A DNA stretch of 64,000 nt, from positions 9,672,001 to 9,736,000 of the forward strand of contig CM069174.1 in assembly GCA_035221665.1 (NCBI GenBank). The letters are read 5' to 3'. The DNA is from Okamejei kenojei (Eukaryota). Under the pieces are notes generated by a model. It was not told the origin of the DNA, ran no database searches, and saw only the letters and a program-made list of their open reading frames with translations. Below, one piece after another: positions 30,301 to 39,670 of the stretch. The translations under genes were made by a program, and so were the position numbers. Position 1 is the stretch's first letter. The number at the start of each line of letters is the position of its first letter.

Positions 30301-33300
30301 GCTTCAGCTGGTGATGAGAGTGAACTGAAAGCTGCTTCATCATTGGTTAATGATCCCAGCATCCATTCATTGGCCTCCTTCACTTCAGAGCAAAATGCCA
30401 ACATTCCAGAGAGCGAGTCAGCATCATCTGAACTGGATCTGCGTCAGAGAATGAATCGGTAGAGAAAAACTATTTATTTTCCTGCTAAATGCATGCTTTC
30501 TTTTGTGTATGTTTTCTGAAAATAGCTTTGTATAGATTAAAAGATCAAGTCATCCCATTATGTTTTATTAATTAAGGTCCATTGTATATGTCAGAGGATG
30601 GTAATTTAACACTAGCTGTGCTGTGGTTGAAGAGCCATTCTGAGTTTGCAGCTGTAGATCAATCTCAGTACGAACATACATGCAGGGGAGATCAGTTGGA
30701 AAAATCTCTCTAAAAGTCAAAGGCATAACTTTAAACCTTTTTCAGATACAGGATAGGTGATTGACAGCCCATCTTCTTGTTTTGCTGAGGCGATGTGGTA
30801 TCGATCTGGAATCTCCCACGGTCATAAGTACATGTTTGATGCAGAGGGCATATGTGTTTCAATTATACCAAATTCCTCACTCTAAAATATTTAGTGATTC
30901 TAACACTTGGCCCATTCAGTTTCTGTTCCATTGCATCAATGTCTGTTATCTGGTACATTTATTCTGCAGCAGGCATAGGAAATACCACGTGCACGTTCTC
31001 CAAATGCACTGGATGGCAACCCAACACAAACATTTTCACCCAAGACAACTCACTGATGTCCTGGTTATTCTCAGTTAGTTACTTTGTTCATGTCATTTTT
31101 GTATACCCAACACAAGAATCCTGAAACAGGTGCACTATTCTGAGCACTCTGGTGGGAAGGGATTACCAGGTGGAAAGAGGAAGAGAATCAATTATATTCT
31201 AAGGCTCCTTGAAAATTGCAACATCCCCAATAACTCATGGGTACCTCTGGTCTATGACTGCTTAAAATGTACTGTATTGAAAACGTGCATCTGGTGTTGA
31301 ACAACATTGGGCCAGTGGCTAGCATGTGGATTGATTGCTCAGTTGTTGTCTCATCATATAATTGCAGTCCTCTTCTTTCAGCAAAATGGATGTTTCAGAG
31401 TCACCACAAATTAAGCTGACACTGCTGTATAGCATGCAACAAGAAAGACTGCTGCTTGTAGTGCATTCCTGCAGGTAAGTGGGAATAATTGTTCAACTTT
31501 ATTGCTAATAAATCTTTACATTTCACAGATCAGTGAAAATTTGCTATTAATTTCATGCATCCATTTGTTTGGTTGTGAAGTGAAATTATTTTGCCTCACT
31601 AGGACGACCTCTTGCAGCTCCCAGAAGTAACTCGTGGGAGAATCACCCCATAATAAATTTGATTTGTTCTAATGCTAGGAGCAAATTAAGGTCACTACCC
31701 ATCCCGAGTCCTAAGTTTGTTTGGTGACTTTGAGGAAAATGATATAGAATAGTAGTCTGTACTGCATATGTAAGCCACCATTTAAGTAGAGTGTTTAGTT
31801 TAATGTGGTACAGGGACACCACTGATTTTCCGGCAACTGATGGTCTGACACCCCCTTTAATTACAATACAGAAACGATTCTTCACAGCTGCAGTATACGT
31901 TAGCACCCCATCTTCCCCATGTCTTTGTTTCCACTCATGAGTTGTGCTTCCTTGTCCTTGCAATCTTTCAACTCCCACCTCCAGCACTCAATTCTAGCTT
32001 TTACCTGTTGGAACACCTGAGCAGGTTGCAAGCCGTGGGTCCCACCCCATGCGCAGTACCTCGGTCAGAGGCACGAGCAGAGGGTTTGACACTCTCGTGG
32101 CGCAAGGCTGAGGAACAAGAAGGAGGATCTGTCCTTTGCTACCCAAGGAATCCTTTTTTTTGTGTTAAAAAAATCTGATTGGGAGTGTGTATGAGCCTCA
32201 GGGCTGCGAGTTGCCTGATTCGAGATCAAGTGAGTGGACCTGGCTCAGGGGCAGATGGAGAGCATAGCAAAGCAGTCCCTGCGCAGCAGCTGAGCTCTGT
32301 TTGCTGTGAGCTTTTACTTAAAGTTGTGTGCTGGTGACCGTGTTGGCGCTCTCCCATCTTCACCCTCCTTGTTCTCTGCATAAATGAACATGTCCAGAGG
32401 GAACAACCCGCATTATTATTACGTGACCTCTGTTGGTCCAGTAAAACGGATAATCCAGCAAAGCTCTGGAACAAAGGATGCCGGAAAATCAGTGGTGTAC
32501 CTGTACTATGGTAACATTCCACCTCCACTCTCTGCAATTTACTTCCCACCACAGTTAAATCCCCCTTTCTCGCACCCATCTTCCTATCTCCCCTTCTCAT
32601 CCTTTTCCTGCTCTCTGGGCCTCCTGTCCTTCCATCCCAGGCCCTTTCTCCATCCTCTGCATCTGTCTTACCCACTCATTTTTATTGGGGACTTTTGGTG
32701 GAGGCTGTAATCTAAGCAGCCTAGTTTTGGAGTACACAGATTGCACAAAAGGCAGCATGGTGATTGGATCATGACCTCTGCAACACAATGTATTTTAAAA
32801 GAAAGACTAATGAGTATTAATTGTTTGCTTGTTGCAGGAATCTAAGACTCCATTCCAGGGAGATCCCGGACCCGTATATCTCTCTAATTCTGCTCCCTGA
32901 CAAAAATAAAGTGACAAAGAGAAAAACAAGTGTGAAGAAGAAAACAATTAATCCGGAATATAATGAAACGTAAGAAATGTAGGGGAGATAAGGAAAGGTT
33001 GTAGAGCGAAGAGAATTGGAGAACAAGAAAAGGCAGCGGCAGAAGAAACCCAGAGACAAAAGGGAGCAAGAGAATGGAAAATTAATGAATAGACATGGAA
33101 ATGAGGAAGAAATATCCAATACTGTTAAAGAGGCAGTTACCATCAAGTTTTTTTAAAATACTGATAAACAGGTCAATTATTTGAATATGCTGTTGTGTGA
33201 AACATTTTAACAGCAAATTTAGAGCATCAGTTCTGATGACACAAAGACCTATAGGCTCCAGCAGAACTTGCCAATCAGTTCCATTCCCCCTTTCCTTATT

Positions 33301-36207
33301 CCCTGGAGACCACCATCCCACCTTCAACTCCTTTTTGCTTATTTTGTCACCAATAAAGGGTAGTTTCGAGTCACTAATATGTCTCCCAGCACATAATTTT
33401 AGGTGGAAATCCGATCACCCAGCTCTTAGCCCATTGTCCTGTGGTTTATCATGCATTAAGGGCTCATCCAGGTATCTATACAAGTTGGCACAACCGGTAG
33501 AGCTGCTGCGTGGCAGTGCCAGAAAACCAGGTTCAATCCTGACCTTGAGTGCTGTCTGTGTGGAGTTTGCATATTTTCCCTTTGACCGGATATGGGCTTC
33601 CTCTAAGCACTCTGGTTTCCTCCCCCATCACAAAGACATGCAGGTTTGTAGGTTAATTGGCCTCTGCAAATTGCCACTAATGCATAAGGAGAGAAAGTGG
33701 GATAACAGAACTAGATGAATAGTTGGTGCGGACTCGGTGGGCTGAAGGCCCTGTTTCCATGCTGCATCTAAAACAAAAAACTAAAATCCTTGGGGGCAGA
33801 AGAAGAATATGCAAAGTCCACAGTCAACACCAGAGGTCAGGATTGAACCCACGTTCTGTTTTAGTTTTAATGAATCACAGTTCTTAAGATAATTCACAAT
33901 GAGAAACACATGAGAAATGTATGGGCGGCTTTAAACAAAATATTAACTTTAGAGGCATCTAGGCTTGATACATTATATTACAGCACTTTCAATAATGTAA
34001 TTCCTCTTATTCCAATTGTCACCAGATTCAGTTTAAAAAAGAAACACATTTATGTTGAGGGGTTTGGTTTGAGTATGTCCTTCGCACCTCCCTCTAACCT
34101 GTGTTCCGATCAGAAATTTAACTTATTCCCCTCTCCCTTCCTTAGGACAGTGGGCATTTGAAGCTATTTTAGGGAACTTTGAGGGATTATGGGCTAGGGC
34201 TTTATTTCTTCATAGGTTGAGGAAAGGAACTGCTGTCCCAAAACAGGGATGGGGGGGTGTGTATGTGTGTGAGTGTGTGTATACGAAAGTAGGGGATAGA
34301 AGACTTAGTGAATTTGTATGAGATTCAACATAAAGGCACTGACTGGTGTATGAATGATGCTCTGAATTAAGTTTTCCTTATTCTATACTTTATTCTTGTG
34401 CTGTTTTGTTTTCCAGATTTGAGTTTGAAATATCGTTGGAGGAAGCAGAGAAGAAAAAGCTGGACCTCACTGTAAAAAACAATGTTTCCTTCATGTCCAA
34501 AGAGATTGGAAAGGTAAGATTCACTTATGGAGAATTTTTTAAAGGAAAATATTCTGTGTCAAATTCTGTAACAAATATAGCACAAGTAGTTAAAGACAAG
34601 GCTGAAAGGATTAGGGAACCTTGGCTGATGAAGGACATTGAGGTTCTGGTCAGGAAGAAAGGAGGAATGTGTCCGGTACAGTCACTCTTAGATCTACTTC
34701 CTGCAGTCTAGGGGCAATTTGCAGAGGCCAATTAATCCACAAACCCACATGTCTTTGAGATGTAGGAGGAAACCCACGTGGTCACAGGGAGAAAGTGCAA
34801 ACTCCATACAAATAGTTCCCAAGATCAGGATTGAACGGGAGTCTCTGGCACTGAGGCAACAGCTCTAAAAGCTGCGCCACTGCGCAAGACAGTGTACATT
34901 TACAATGTTTGAAGACATTTGGACAGGTACATTGATACAAAAGGTTTAGAGAGAAACGGGCCAAATGCAGACAAATGGGATTAGCTCAGGTAGACTGCTT
35001 GGTCGCCATGGATGAGTTAGGCCAAAGGGCCTGTTTCTGTGTAGTATACCTCTACACCATACACAATTCCTACAATAATTTTTTTTACGGGCATGATTGC
35101 ATTGGAGAAAATGTGAATATGTACAAATTCTTTGACTGCACTTCCAAAATCAGGGAGCTATACCACTTAAAGGCAGCACGTTCAGGGAGACACCACCACC
35201 TGAAAATTCCCCTCCATGTCACACACCATCTGACTTGGAAATACATCATTATTCCTTCATCATTGCTGGGTCTGAATGCTGGAACTTTGCCCAGTGGCAC
35301 TGTGGAGGGACATCTGCATTATGAGATCTTCAAAGTACTGGATTTGCAAGGGTTCCCAACATACCAGGAATTATTTTTTTAAATAGTCAAAAGAAATCCA
35401 TGTTAATTTAAAGAAATAAAAAATAATTTTGGAGCAATGTTGGAACTTGCTGCAGAACGTGCTTCGCATTTCAATATTAAGACAGATTGTGATCATTTCA
35501 TAAATGTGATCATATCATAAATTTCATAATATGATACTGAGAGTAATTTAAGCCTCTCATTACTTCTATGTTCATTATTCTATATTTTGTGCCCCGACTC
35601 CTTAATTTTGCGTTTTACTAAATTTAGGTTCTAAACAGATCTTTCTGTTTCTCTTCCAGCTCCATATTGATCTTTCACTGCTTGACCTGAGTCAGGAAAT
35701 AGTGCAGTGGTAAGTGAGCAAGCCAAAGTTTTGAAGAAGAAAAATGGGCCAAACTGATTACCTATTTTCTTACTCATGTTTACCTTTACTTATAATTGAC
35801 CTTATAACAAATCTTAAAGTTTTCTTCACATTTAAAAATAGGTTATTCTGCTCATGGTTAACATCATGGTTCTATGTTCATGCCTTCAGAAAAAGATGTA
35901 TTAGAATCCAAACCTTGATTCAGCCCCAGTGAGATACCATTTAATTGTCAGAACATGTTAGGTGCCAACAGTAATAGAAAATTACTCTTGTGAGGAATAG
36001 CTAGCTGTTCTTAATTGTTGCTAAAACTGTCAACATTCATTGTCTGGTGTGAAGTATGAGCATTTTTGTGAGACCTTGGAGAGTTGTTGGTGTCCATGGA
36101 CTGTACCCAAAGTGTCCAGAGGAGCAAAGCATTAAGATTTAAAATATTTACTGCATAATTTTAAAACCTTTTCTTCATTTTGCAGGTTCGATTTGAAGGA
36201 AGAATAA
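3337..36207 (+). CDS. ESYT1: Extended synaptotagmin-1, exons 2-31 (5' exon with membrane hairpin is upstream of window); SMP + C2A-C2E
   Basis: 30 exons bounded by AG/GT join in phase into 3030 nt (1009 aa + TAA). Motifs: [37 protein letters not shown] x2, FDKD.D.DDFLG x2, [13 protein letters not shown]. Five C2 domains distinguish ESYT1 from ESYT2/3, which have three. Confidence 0.96.
4189..4323 (+). CDS. ESYT1: ESYT1 exon 3 ([17 protein letters not shown]...TKVCFGVK)
   Basis: ggtag|GTT...AAG|gtaatg, 135 nt, SMP. Confidence 0.95.
5046..5260. mobile_element. Penelope-type foldback element with hammerhead core
   Basis: Inverted arms 5047-~5125 / ~5145-5226; ctgaagaagggtctcgacccgaaac at 5134-5158; flanking 13-bp duplication tctttatctacca (5033-5045, 5261-5273). 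Confidence 0.8.
5640..5713 (+). CDS. ESYT1: ESYT1 exon 4 ([25 protein letters not shown])
   Basis: tttcag|CCT...AG|gtaatt, 74 nt. Confidence 0.95.
6222..6410 (+). mobile_element. CR1 3' end
   Basis: gcctcggagggcggtggaggc...cacctattgtctattgtctatt tail. Confidence 0.85.
7190..7340. mobile_element. Penelope-type foldback fragment
   Basis: gctggagtaactcagcaggtcaggcagcatct...ctgaagaagggtctcgacccgaaacatc. Confidence 0.75.
7341..7655 (+). mobile_element. CR1 3' fragment with internal deletion
   Basis: Near-identical to the 290-660 CR1 sequence. Confidence 0.85.
8135..8382 (-). mobile_element. CR1 3' fragment
   Basis: ORF 8183-8383 [17 protein letters not shown]. Confidence 0.85.
9557..9629 (+). 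CDS. ESYT1: ESYT1 exon 5 ([24 protein letters not shown])
   Basis: ccgtag|T TAC...CAG|gtaggt, 73 nt. Confidence 0.95.
10373..10462 (+). CDS. ESYT1: ESYT1 exon 6 ([30 protein letters not shown])
   Basis: ttgcag|CTC...CCA|gtaagc, 90 nt. Confidence 0.96.
11117..11172 (+). CDS. ESYT1: ESYT1 exon 7 ([19 protein letters not shown])
   Basis: tttcag|GTG...AG|gtaatg, 56 nt. Confidence 0.95.
11560..11810 (-). mobile_element. tRNA-derived V/HE1-type SINE
   Basis: Reverse strand reads ggtggcacagttgctg...gacccaagtttaatcctgacctcgg...tgtgtggagtttgcattctccctgtgacc (V-SINE core). Confidence 0.75.
12063..12183 (+). CDS. ESYT1: ESYT1 exon 8 ([20 protein letters not shown]...LRSPLPR)
   Basis: aacag|T TCA...CGG|gtatgt, 121 nt, end of SMP. 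Confidence 0.95.
12695..14425 (+). mobile_element. CR1 LINE, 5'-truncated ~1.7 kb, ORF2 (RT) with frameshifts
   Basis: [55 protein letters not shown]. Confidence 0.95.
14606..14782 (+). CDS. ESYT1: ESYT1 exon 9, C2A ([10 protein letters not shown]...GKSDPYA...NPKWNEMYE)
   Basis: ttttag|GGA...GAG|gtgggt, 177 nt. Confidence 0.96.
14815..15013 (-). mobile_element. CR1 3' end, 33 nt downstream of ESYT1 exon 9
   Basis: Reverse complement of the 43680-43876 CR1 end. Confidence 0.9.
15388..15470 (+). CDS. ESYT1: ESYT1 exon 10, C2A ([28 protein letters not shown])
   Basis: cctcag|GTG...AG|gtgaga, 83 nt. Confidence 0.96.
15588..15613. repeat. (GT)n microsatellite
   Basis: gtgtgtgt run. Confidence 0.9.
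15991..16039 (+). CDS. ESYT1: ESYT1 exon 11 ([16 protein letters not shown])
   Basis: tttcag|A ATG...GAG|gtaaag, 49 nt. Confidence 0.94.
16485..16720 (+). mobile_element. Old CR1 3' fragment
   Basis: gggtcatagt...gtgaatctctggaatt...agatcagccatg...attgaatgg. Confidence 0.65.
16800..16889 (+). CDS. ESYT1: ESYT1 exon 12 ([30 protein letters not shown])
   Basis: atgtag|TGG...CAG|gtaatc, 90 nt. Confidence 0.95.
17244..17339 (+). CDS. ESYT1: ESYT1 exon 13, C2B start (VLRVNN...[17 protein letters not shown])
   Basis: ctttag|GTG...CCG|gtatgt, 96 nt. Confidence 0.95.
17590..17661 (+). CDS. ESYT1: ESYT1 exon 14 ([24 protein letters not shown])
   Basis: ccacag|CTA...AGG|gtatga, 72 nt. Confidence 0.94.
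18135..18520 (-). mobile_element. Ancient SINE (Deu/SacSINE-like)
   Basis: ggacatcccaaagtgct...cagcattccctcagtattgca...ggacttgagcccacagccctctgact pattern typical of chondrichthyan Deu-domain SINEs. Confidence 0.55.
18672..18758 (+). CDS. ESYT1: ESYT1 exon 15 ([29 protein letters not shown])
   Basis: ccacag|ACT...CAG|gtaatt, 87 nt. Confidence 0.95.
19829..19978 (+). CDS. ESYT1: ESYT1 exon 16 ([11 protein letters not shown]...[22 protein letters not shown])
   Basis: ttctag|GTT...CGG|gtgagt, 150 nt. Confidence 0.95.
20725..20926. mobile_element. Penelope-type foldback element
   Basis: Inverted arms; 12-bp duplication tgaacaaaggta at 20713-20724 and 20927-20938. Confidence 0.78.
21072..21269 (+). 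CDS. ESYT1: ESYT1 exon 17, C2B-C2C linker (VLVPDAVD...SVGTE)
   Basis: tggcag|GTG...GAG|gtatgg, 198 nt, open frame, phase 0-0. Confidence 0.88.
21440..21580. repeat. Low-complexity (GATT/GGTT)-rich tract
   Basis: Repeated gattgattg/ggttgat units. Confidence 0.6.
21625..22420 (+). mobile_element. CR1 LINE 3' part
   Basis: ORF 21631-22290 [32 protein letters not shown]. Confidence 0.95.
22847..23023 (+). CDS. ESYT1: ESYT1 exon 18, C2C ([17 protein letters not shown]...GKSDPYV...NPKWHELYE)
   Basis: tttcag|GGG...GAG|gtcagt, 177 nt. Confidence 0.96.
23381..23463 (+). CDS. ESYT1: ESYT1 exon 19, C2C ([28 protein letters not shown])
   Basis: ctttag|GTG...AG|gtatgt, 83 nt. Confidence 0.96.
24075..24170 (+). 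mobile_element. Penelope-type arm (degenerate hammerhead core)
   Basis: tgaagaagggtctcaacctgaaacatcaccc...gctgagttactccagc. Confidence 0.65.
24999..25047 (+). CDS. ESYT1: ESYT1 exon 20 ([16 protein letters not shown])
   Basis: gtgcag|A TTG...GAG|gtatgg, 49 nt. Confidence 0.93.
25656..25939. mobile_element. Tc1/mariner (Tigger-like) non-autonomous element inside an old CR1 end
   Basis: ta|cagggacttcccc ... ggaactgcgtg|ta; imperfect TIRs with flanking TA. Confidence 0.5.
26380..26469 (+). CDS. ESYT1: ESYT1 exon 21 ([30 protein letters not shown])
   Basis: atgcag|TGG...CAG|gtacca, 90 nt. Confidence 0.95.
26905..27670 (+). mobile_element. Rex1/Babar-like (L2-group) LINE 3' part
   Basis: [21 protein letters not shown]...[13 protein letters not shown]; tail gtgacaataa...cttgac. 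Confidence 0.85.
27889..27984 (+). CDS. ESYT1: ESYT1 exon 22, C2D start (VLQANK...[17 protein letters not shown])
   Basis: ttacag|GTG...CCT|gtaagc, 96 nt. Confidence 0.95.
28215..28286 (+). CDS. ESYT1: ESYT1 exon 23 ([24 protein letters not shown])
   Basis: tcatag|CTG...CAG|gtaaaa, 72 nt. Confidence 0.94.
28820..28906 (+). CDS. ESYT1: ESYT1 exon 24 ([29 protein letters not shown])
   Basis: tcacag|GTT...CAG|gtaaac, 87 nt. Confidence 0.95.
29922..30065 (+). CDS. ESYT1: ESYT1 exon 25 (VKDDNHTLG...[22 protein letters not shown])
   Basis: tcctag|GTT...GGG|gtaaga, 144 nt. Confidence 0.95.
30214..30458 (+). CDS. ESYT1: ESYT1 exon 26, Ser-rich linker (ILVSEHS...[10 protein letters not shown])
   Basis: acatag|ATC...CG|gtagag, 245 nt; ILVS.HS and LRQR motifs as in vertebrate ESYT1. 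Confidence 0.88.
31382..31474 (+). CDS. ESYT1: ESYT1 exon 27, C2E start ([17 protein letters not shown]...LVVHSCR)
   Basis: tttcag|C AAA...AG|gtaagt, 93 nt. Confidence 0.92.
32838..32969 (+). CDS. ESYT1: ESYT1 exon 28, C2E with polybasic patch ([34 protein letters not shown])
   Basis: ttgcag|G AAT...AC|gtaaga, 132 nt. Confidence 0.96.
33483..33785 (+). mobile_element. tRNA-derived V/HE1-type SINE
   Basis: A/B-box-like head (ggttcaatcc), V-domain gtgtggagtttgc, CR1-like tail gggctgaaggccctgtttcc. Confidence 0.8.
34417..34513 (+). CDS. ESYT1: ESYT1 exon 29 ([32 protein letters not shown])
   Basis: ttccag|A TTT...AAG|gtaaga, 97 nt. Confidence 0.95.
34690..34885 (-). mobile_element. V/HE1-type SINE fragment
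   Basis: Reverse complement of the same SINE head and core. Confidence 0.72.
35660..35709 (+). CDS. ESYT1: ESYT1 exon 30 ([17 protein letters not shown])
   Basis: ttccag|CTC...TG|gtaagt, 50 nt. Confidence 0.93.
36186..36207 (+). CDS. ESYT1: ESYT1 last coding exon (FDLKEE*), followed by AT-rich 3' UTR
   Basis: ttgcag|G TTC GAT TTG AAG GAA GAA TAA; completes the W-F/Y-D-L C-terminal motif of C2E. Confidence 0.9.
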
Positions 36208-37299
36208 TATGATACTGTTGCCTTAATAAGCCCATCGTTCAGTTTGGTTTATGACCAACTATTTTAAAATAGTTTTGCTTCCACTGAAGTATTTTGTGCT
36301 GCTTTGAGTATTATGTTCACATTTTTTTTTTTTTTTAATGGTTTTTATATTCATTGTTCATGTTTTAGCTTTAATTCACAAAGCAATTCCAAAGACTATA
36401 ATCGGAGTATTAAGTAAGTCACTGCTCATTCTGTTTACTATAATTCTCGCTTGAAAACTGTTATCTTGTTTCAGCATTTTATATTGCATAAGGTCAATTC
36501 TAAGGGCACTTGGTTGTGTTTGTCTCTTGGAAACCGTTTATTTTCCTCTCAGATCCAGTGGGATGGAAGTGAACAATAACATCCTATATGGGAGATCCTA
36601 CTAAGGGTTTTTTTTCTCCTAAGGGTTACAGAACTGCTTACCATTTAATGGAGAATGGGCAGGCTCACCAGAAGGATAGCTGGTGTGAGAAATGGGTGAC
36701 TGGTGCAGCTGAACATGTGCATGTGGGAGTGAGGCAGAACTAACGTGGTAGCTTCATTATGGATCTAAATTGTGCGTTTCTTGATAAACAAGTAGTGGAA
36801 AGCAGTTTCATCGACAAGACTTAAAAAAAAAAATTAAGATAATAATCTAAAATGACAACCTCCATCGCAAGAAATGTAAGACAACATTTTATTTTTAAAG
36901 TCCATAAGAGATAATACAAGCATTGTTCAAAAATAGTTCAATCACAGATTAAATCTGAACTTTAGACCCATCATTATCCTGGTGGGGAGATGTGCTAGTG
37001 CTACTTGGGAACATGTAAACTAGTCTGGCAGGGAGAAGAGACCCAAAGCAGTAATGTGGCAGATGACAAATACAGCCTGATATAGATGTTAATGTGGGTA
37101 AATTTAGTAGAGAGGAAAAGCAAGGAGCGAGGAGGTCAAAACTTCATTTATTTCATTGGAAGAAGCCCCCCTGATAATGTGGAATTGTGTTTCCAGGAAA
37201 GTTTAAAAAATACAATACAGCCACCCCTATTTGTGAGGGGACAATTTAGGAACAACTCGGGAACAAGGTGACTGAAGTGCCATTTTTGGACCAGTGACC

Positions 37300-37740
37300 A
37301 TAAATCTATTAACTTTTAAATAGTTATGGGGGGAAAAAAACAGGTTTTGAAGGTATTAGACAGGAACTTGCAGAGTTTGATTGAGAGATACTGTTCACAA
37401 GTAAAGGAATGTCTGGCCAGTGGGAAGCTTTTAAAGGTGAGATGGAGAGAGTTCAGGGACAGCATCTTTCTCTTGGAGTAAAGGGCAAGGCTGGCTGGTA
37501 TAAGAAACCCTGGTTGATGAGGGATATTAGGGTGCTCATCACCAACATGGAGATATATTTTGGTATAGGCAGCTGGAATCAAACATATCCCTTACAGAAT
37601 GTAAGGATTATATGAGTATAGAGTTGGGGGGAGAAATCACGATGGCAAAAAGAGAAAGTGCGAGCTCTGACAGACAAGATCAAGGTACATTCTAAGAGAT
37701 TCTACAGGTACATCAAGAAAATAAGGACCCTTTAATGATC
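37300..37740 (+). mobile_element. Old CR1 ORF2 fragment
   Basis: QWEAFKGE..RVQ...KPWLMRDI, typical of the CR1 endonuclease-RT linker. Confidence 0.6.
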
Positions 37741-38227
37741 AACATTTTCATATGCTGAAATCAAAAGAATTGTTGGAAACGAGTAGTTAAAAAAAGCCTA
37801 CTCTTTATTTATGTAGCCGGGGGGGGGGGGGGCATCCTCAGCAATATAACAGCACTAGTAAAGCAGCTACTGACTGGGCAAAAGTGCACTAACCCATCCT
37901 ACCCGCTGTAGTTTGGATCAATTTCAACCAATTAAAAAAGTGTTCAAAGATTTTAACAAGTCAGTAAGTAAAAGAACAATATACTAACAAGCAAAGCTGT
38001 GGAACCACTGGAAATCAGCAATTAAAAACTGAAAACATTGAAAACCCTCAGTTTTCAGGCAGCATCTGTGAAAAAAGATGTTTCAGATCAAAGATTCTTT
38101 ACTGGATCAAATTACTAAGAGAAGTGAATGTATTCTTTGATAGGTTTATTTACCATTACTATGTTAATAACCTGACAAAATCAGTAATCTATAGGAAATA
38201 TGCCTGAAGCCAAGTACTGGGGCTCAC

Positions 38228-38566
38228 CAGATCATACACTGGGTCCCATACCAGGTGAAGTACCAGTGAGCTGTCTCATGCCACTTATCTATACTCTCCT
38301 TCCCAAAATCTCAGCAAGCTCAAAGGCTCAAAAGTCCTGTGGATAGAATGGAGAGAGGGAAAAGGAAGCAGCAAACACAACCAAGCAGTGGCCATTTTAT
38401 TGTGGAAACAGGAACATGGAATATCTTCCAAATGGGTCTGGTAAATATCTATTCTTTGGCAAACTTAAGAATCAAAAACAGAATGGTGTTCACTTTTCCT
38501 CTCACATCCTAACGTATTGAATGGGCTTACTTCAGGTTTGAGGCAGGCATTCAGAACTCCCAGCAG
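38228..38566 (-). ncRNA. Two candidate exons (38531-38566, 38228-38336) of a spliced, probably non-coding antisense transcript
   Basis: Acceptors ctttcaaattag and ccttttccctctctccattctatccacag; donors gtaagc and gtgagc; the 109-nt exon has stops in all three frames. Confidence 0.45.
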
Positions 38567-38959
38567 CTAATTTGAAAGTCTCTAATTACTCGAGTGGTGG
38601 TTAGAATGCTAGATGTTGTCTGGAAAATTAGTCCAAACCAACCCCAGTCCTAAAAATTAGGCAACAGACAGCCACCATAAGGATAGCCAGCAACTGGAAT
38701 ATCTTTATACCTTTAGCCAACCAGCCTTTTCTGAAATTCCAGACCACTCTCTTCCAATCTTAATTTTTCAGTGTTGGTGTGCCTGGACACTTAATTGTGG
38801 GGTGAAAAAGACCATCGCCCCATTTTTTAAAATCAGAGCAATTTGAGAGCCCTTTTCTGGTTAGCTCTTCTAGAATACCAGTTTAAGTATTCCAGTAAAA
38901 ACGGGGGACTCAGTAATTCAGGCATGAGATTTATCTGCGGACTTTGAAATTTGGTTAAA

Positions 38960-39190
38960 AAAACCTGCTATAAATGTCTTTCCTCGAGAGTGAGCCACTG
39001 CGCCGATGGTTGAGTGCGTGGAAATCCTTGGAGTCGATTTTAGCGGAAAGCGTGTAAACGGGTGCGGGCCGACCGTCTTTACATGCACATCTCTACGGCT
39101 AGCGCTCAGCTCCGCACATGTAGTGTAACGGTTTTCCTCTGTCCCCTAGGCCTAGTGTACAGGGGTTGGGGCGGGGAGCAGAGTTATGTA
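38960..39190. promoter_or_regulatory. Small CpG-rich promoter-like island
   Basis: Local CpG enrichment in AT-rich DNA; TATAAA 38969-38974; GC box ggggcgggg near 39168-39177. Confidence 0.5.
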
Positions 39191-39264
39191 CACAAACACA
39201 ACGCTCACAATGCATTCAAGAGTCTGTATGTCATAGACACTACAATGTTTTTTTTTAATACCCG

Positions 39265-39670
39265 ATTCAATCAGGTAAAATGTGTTATTGTATGGTATAA
39301 TTAAAAGAAAATACAGTATAAATTAAAGGTAAACAAGCAAGGAAATGGGGTCATTTCAAGGTATAATTATCAAAAAATTATCCAAAATTTCCTGTGTAAA
39401 GGATACTTCTTTCTAATTGGAGTGAACAAGCAAGGAACAGGTATCATGTTACAAGTAGGTGTAATATACAATATTTTCAATATGACAAGTGTAAACAAGC
39501 AAGGAGTTGGTGTCATTTTAAGGTATGATTTTCTGTGTAAATTAAGTGACGAGCAAGTAAAATGTGTTATTTTAAGGTACAATTTAAAAAAAAAAATTAT
39601 AGTATAAATTAAGGGTAAGCAGGCAAGAAGAGAGTGTCATTTCAAGGTACAATTATCATAAATGTGATAA
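39265..39670. repeat. Degenerate tandem repeat (~60-90 bp units)
   Basis: Recurring aaacaagcaagga...tgtcattt(t/c)aaggtataat and caagtaaaatgtgttatt...tataaattaa.ggtaa. Confidence 0.7.

Noticed and set aside
33483-33560. tRNA-like A/B boxes
   Set aside because: Head of a V/HE1 SINE, not a cloverleaf tRNA gene
32226-33718. Long ORFs overlapping ESYT1 introns 27-28
   Set aside because: Purine/pyrimidine low-complexity and SINE-derived sequence; the real exon (32838-32969) is in another frame
39006-39015. ATG-only first exon of a myosin light chain gene (MYL6/MYL6B follow ESYT1 in mammals)
   Set aside because: No EF-hand or myosin light chain exons seen downstream on the plus strand; the donor gttgag is weak
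38980-39170. Resemblance on the minus strand to RNase MRP or telomerase RNA (gcctagggga, ggctcactctc)
   Set aside because: No GGAAAGUCCCC P4 strand and no CUAACCCU template; similarity is only a few bases
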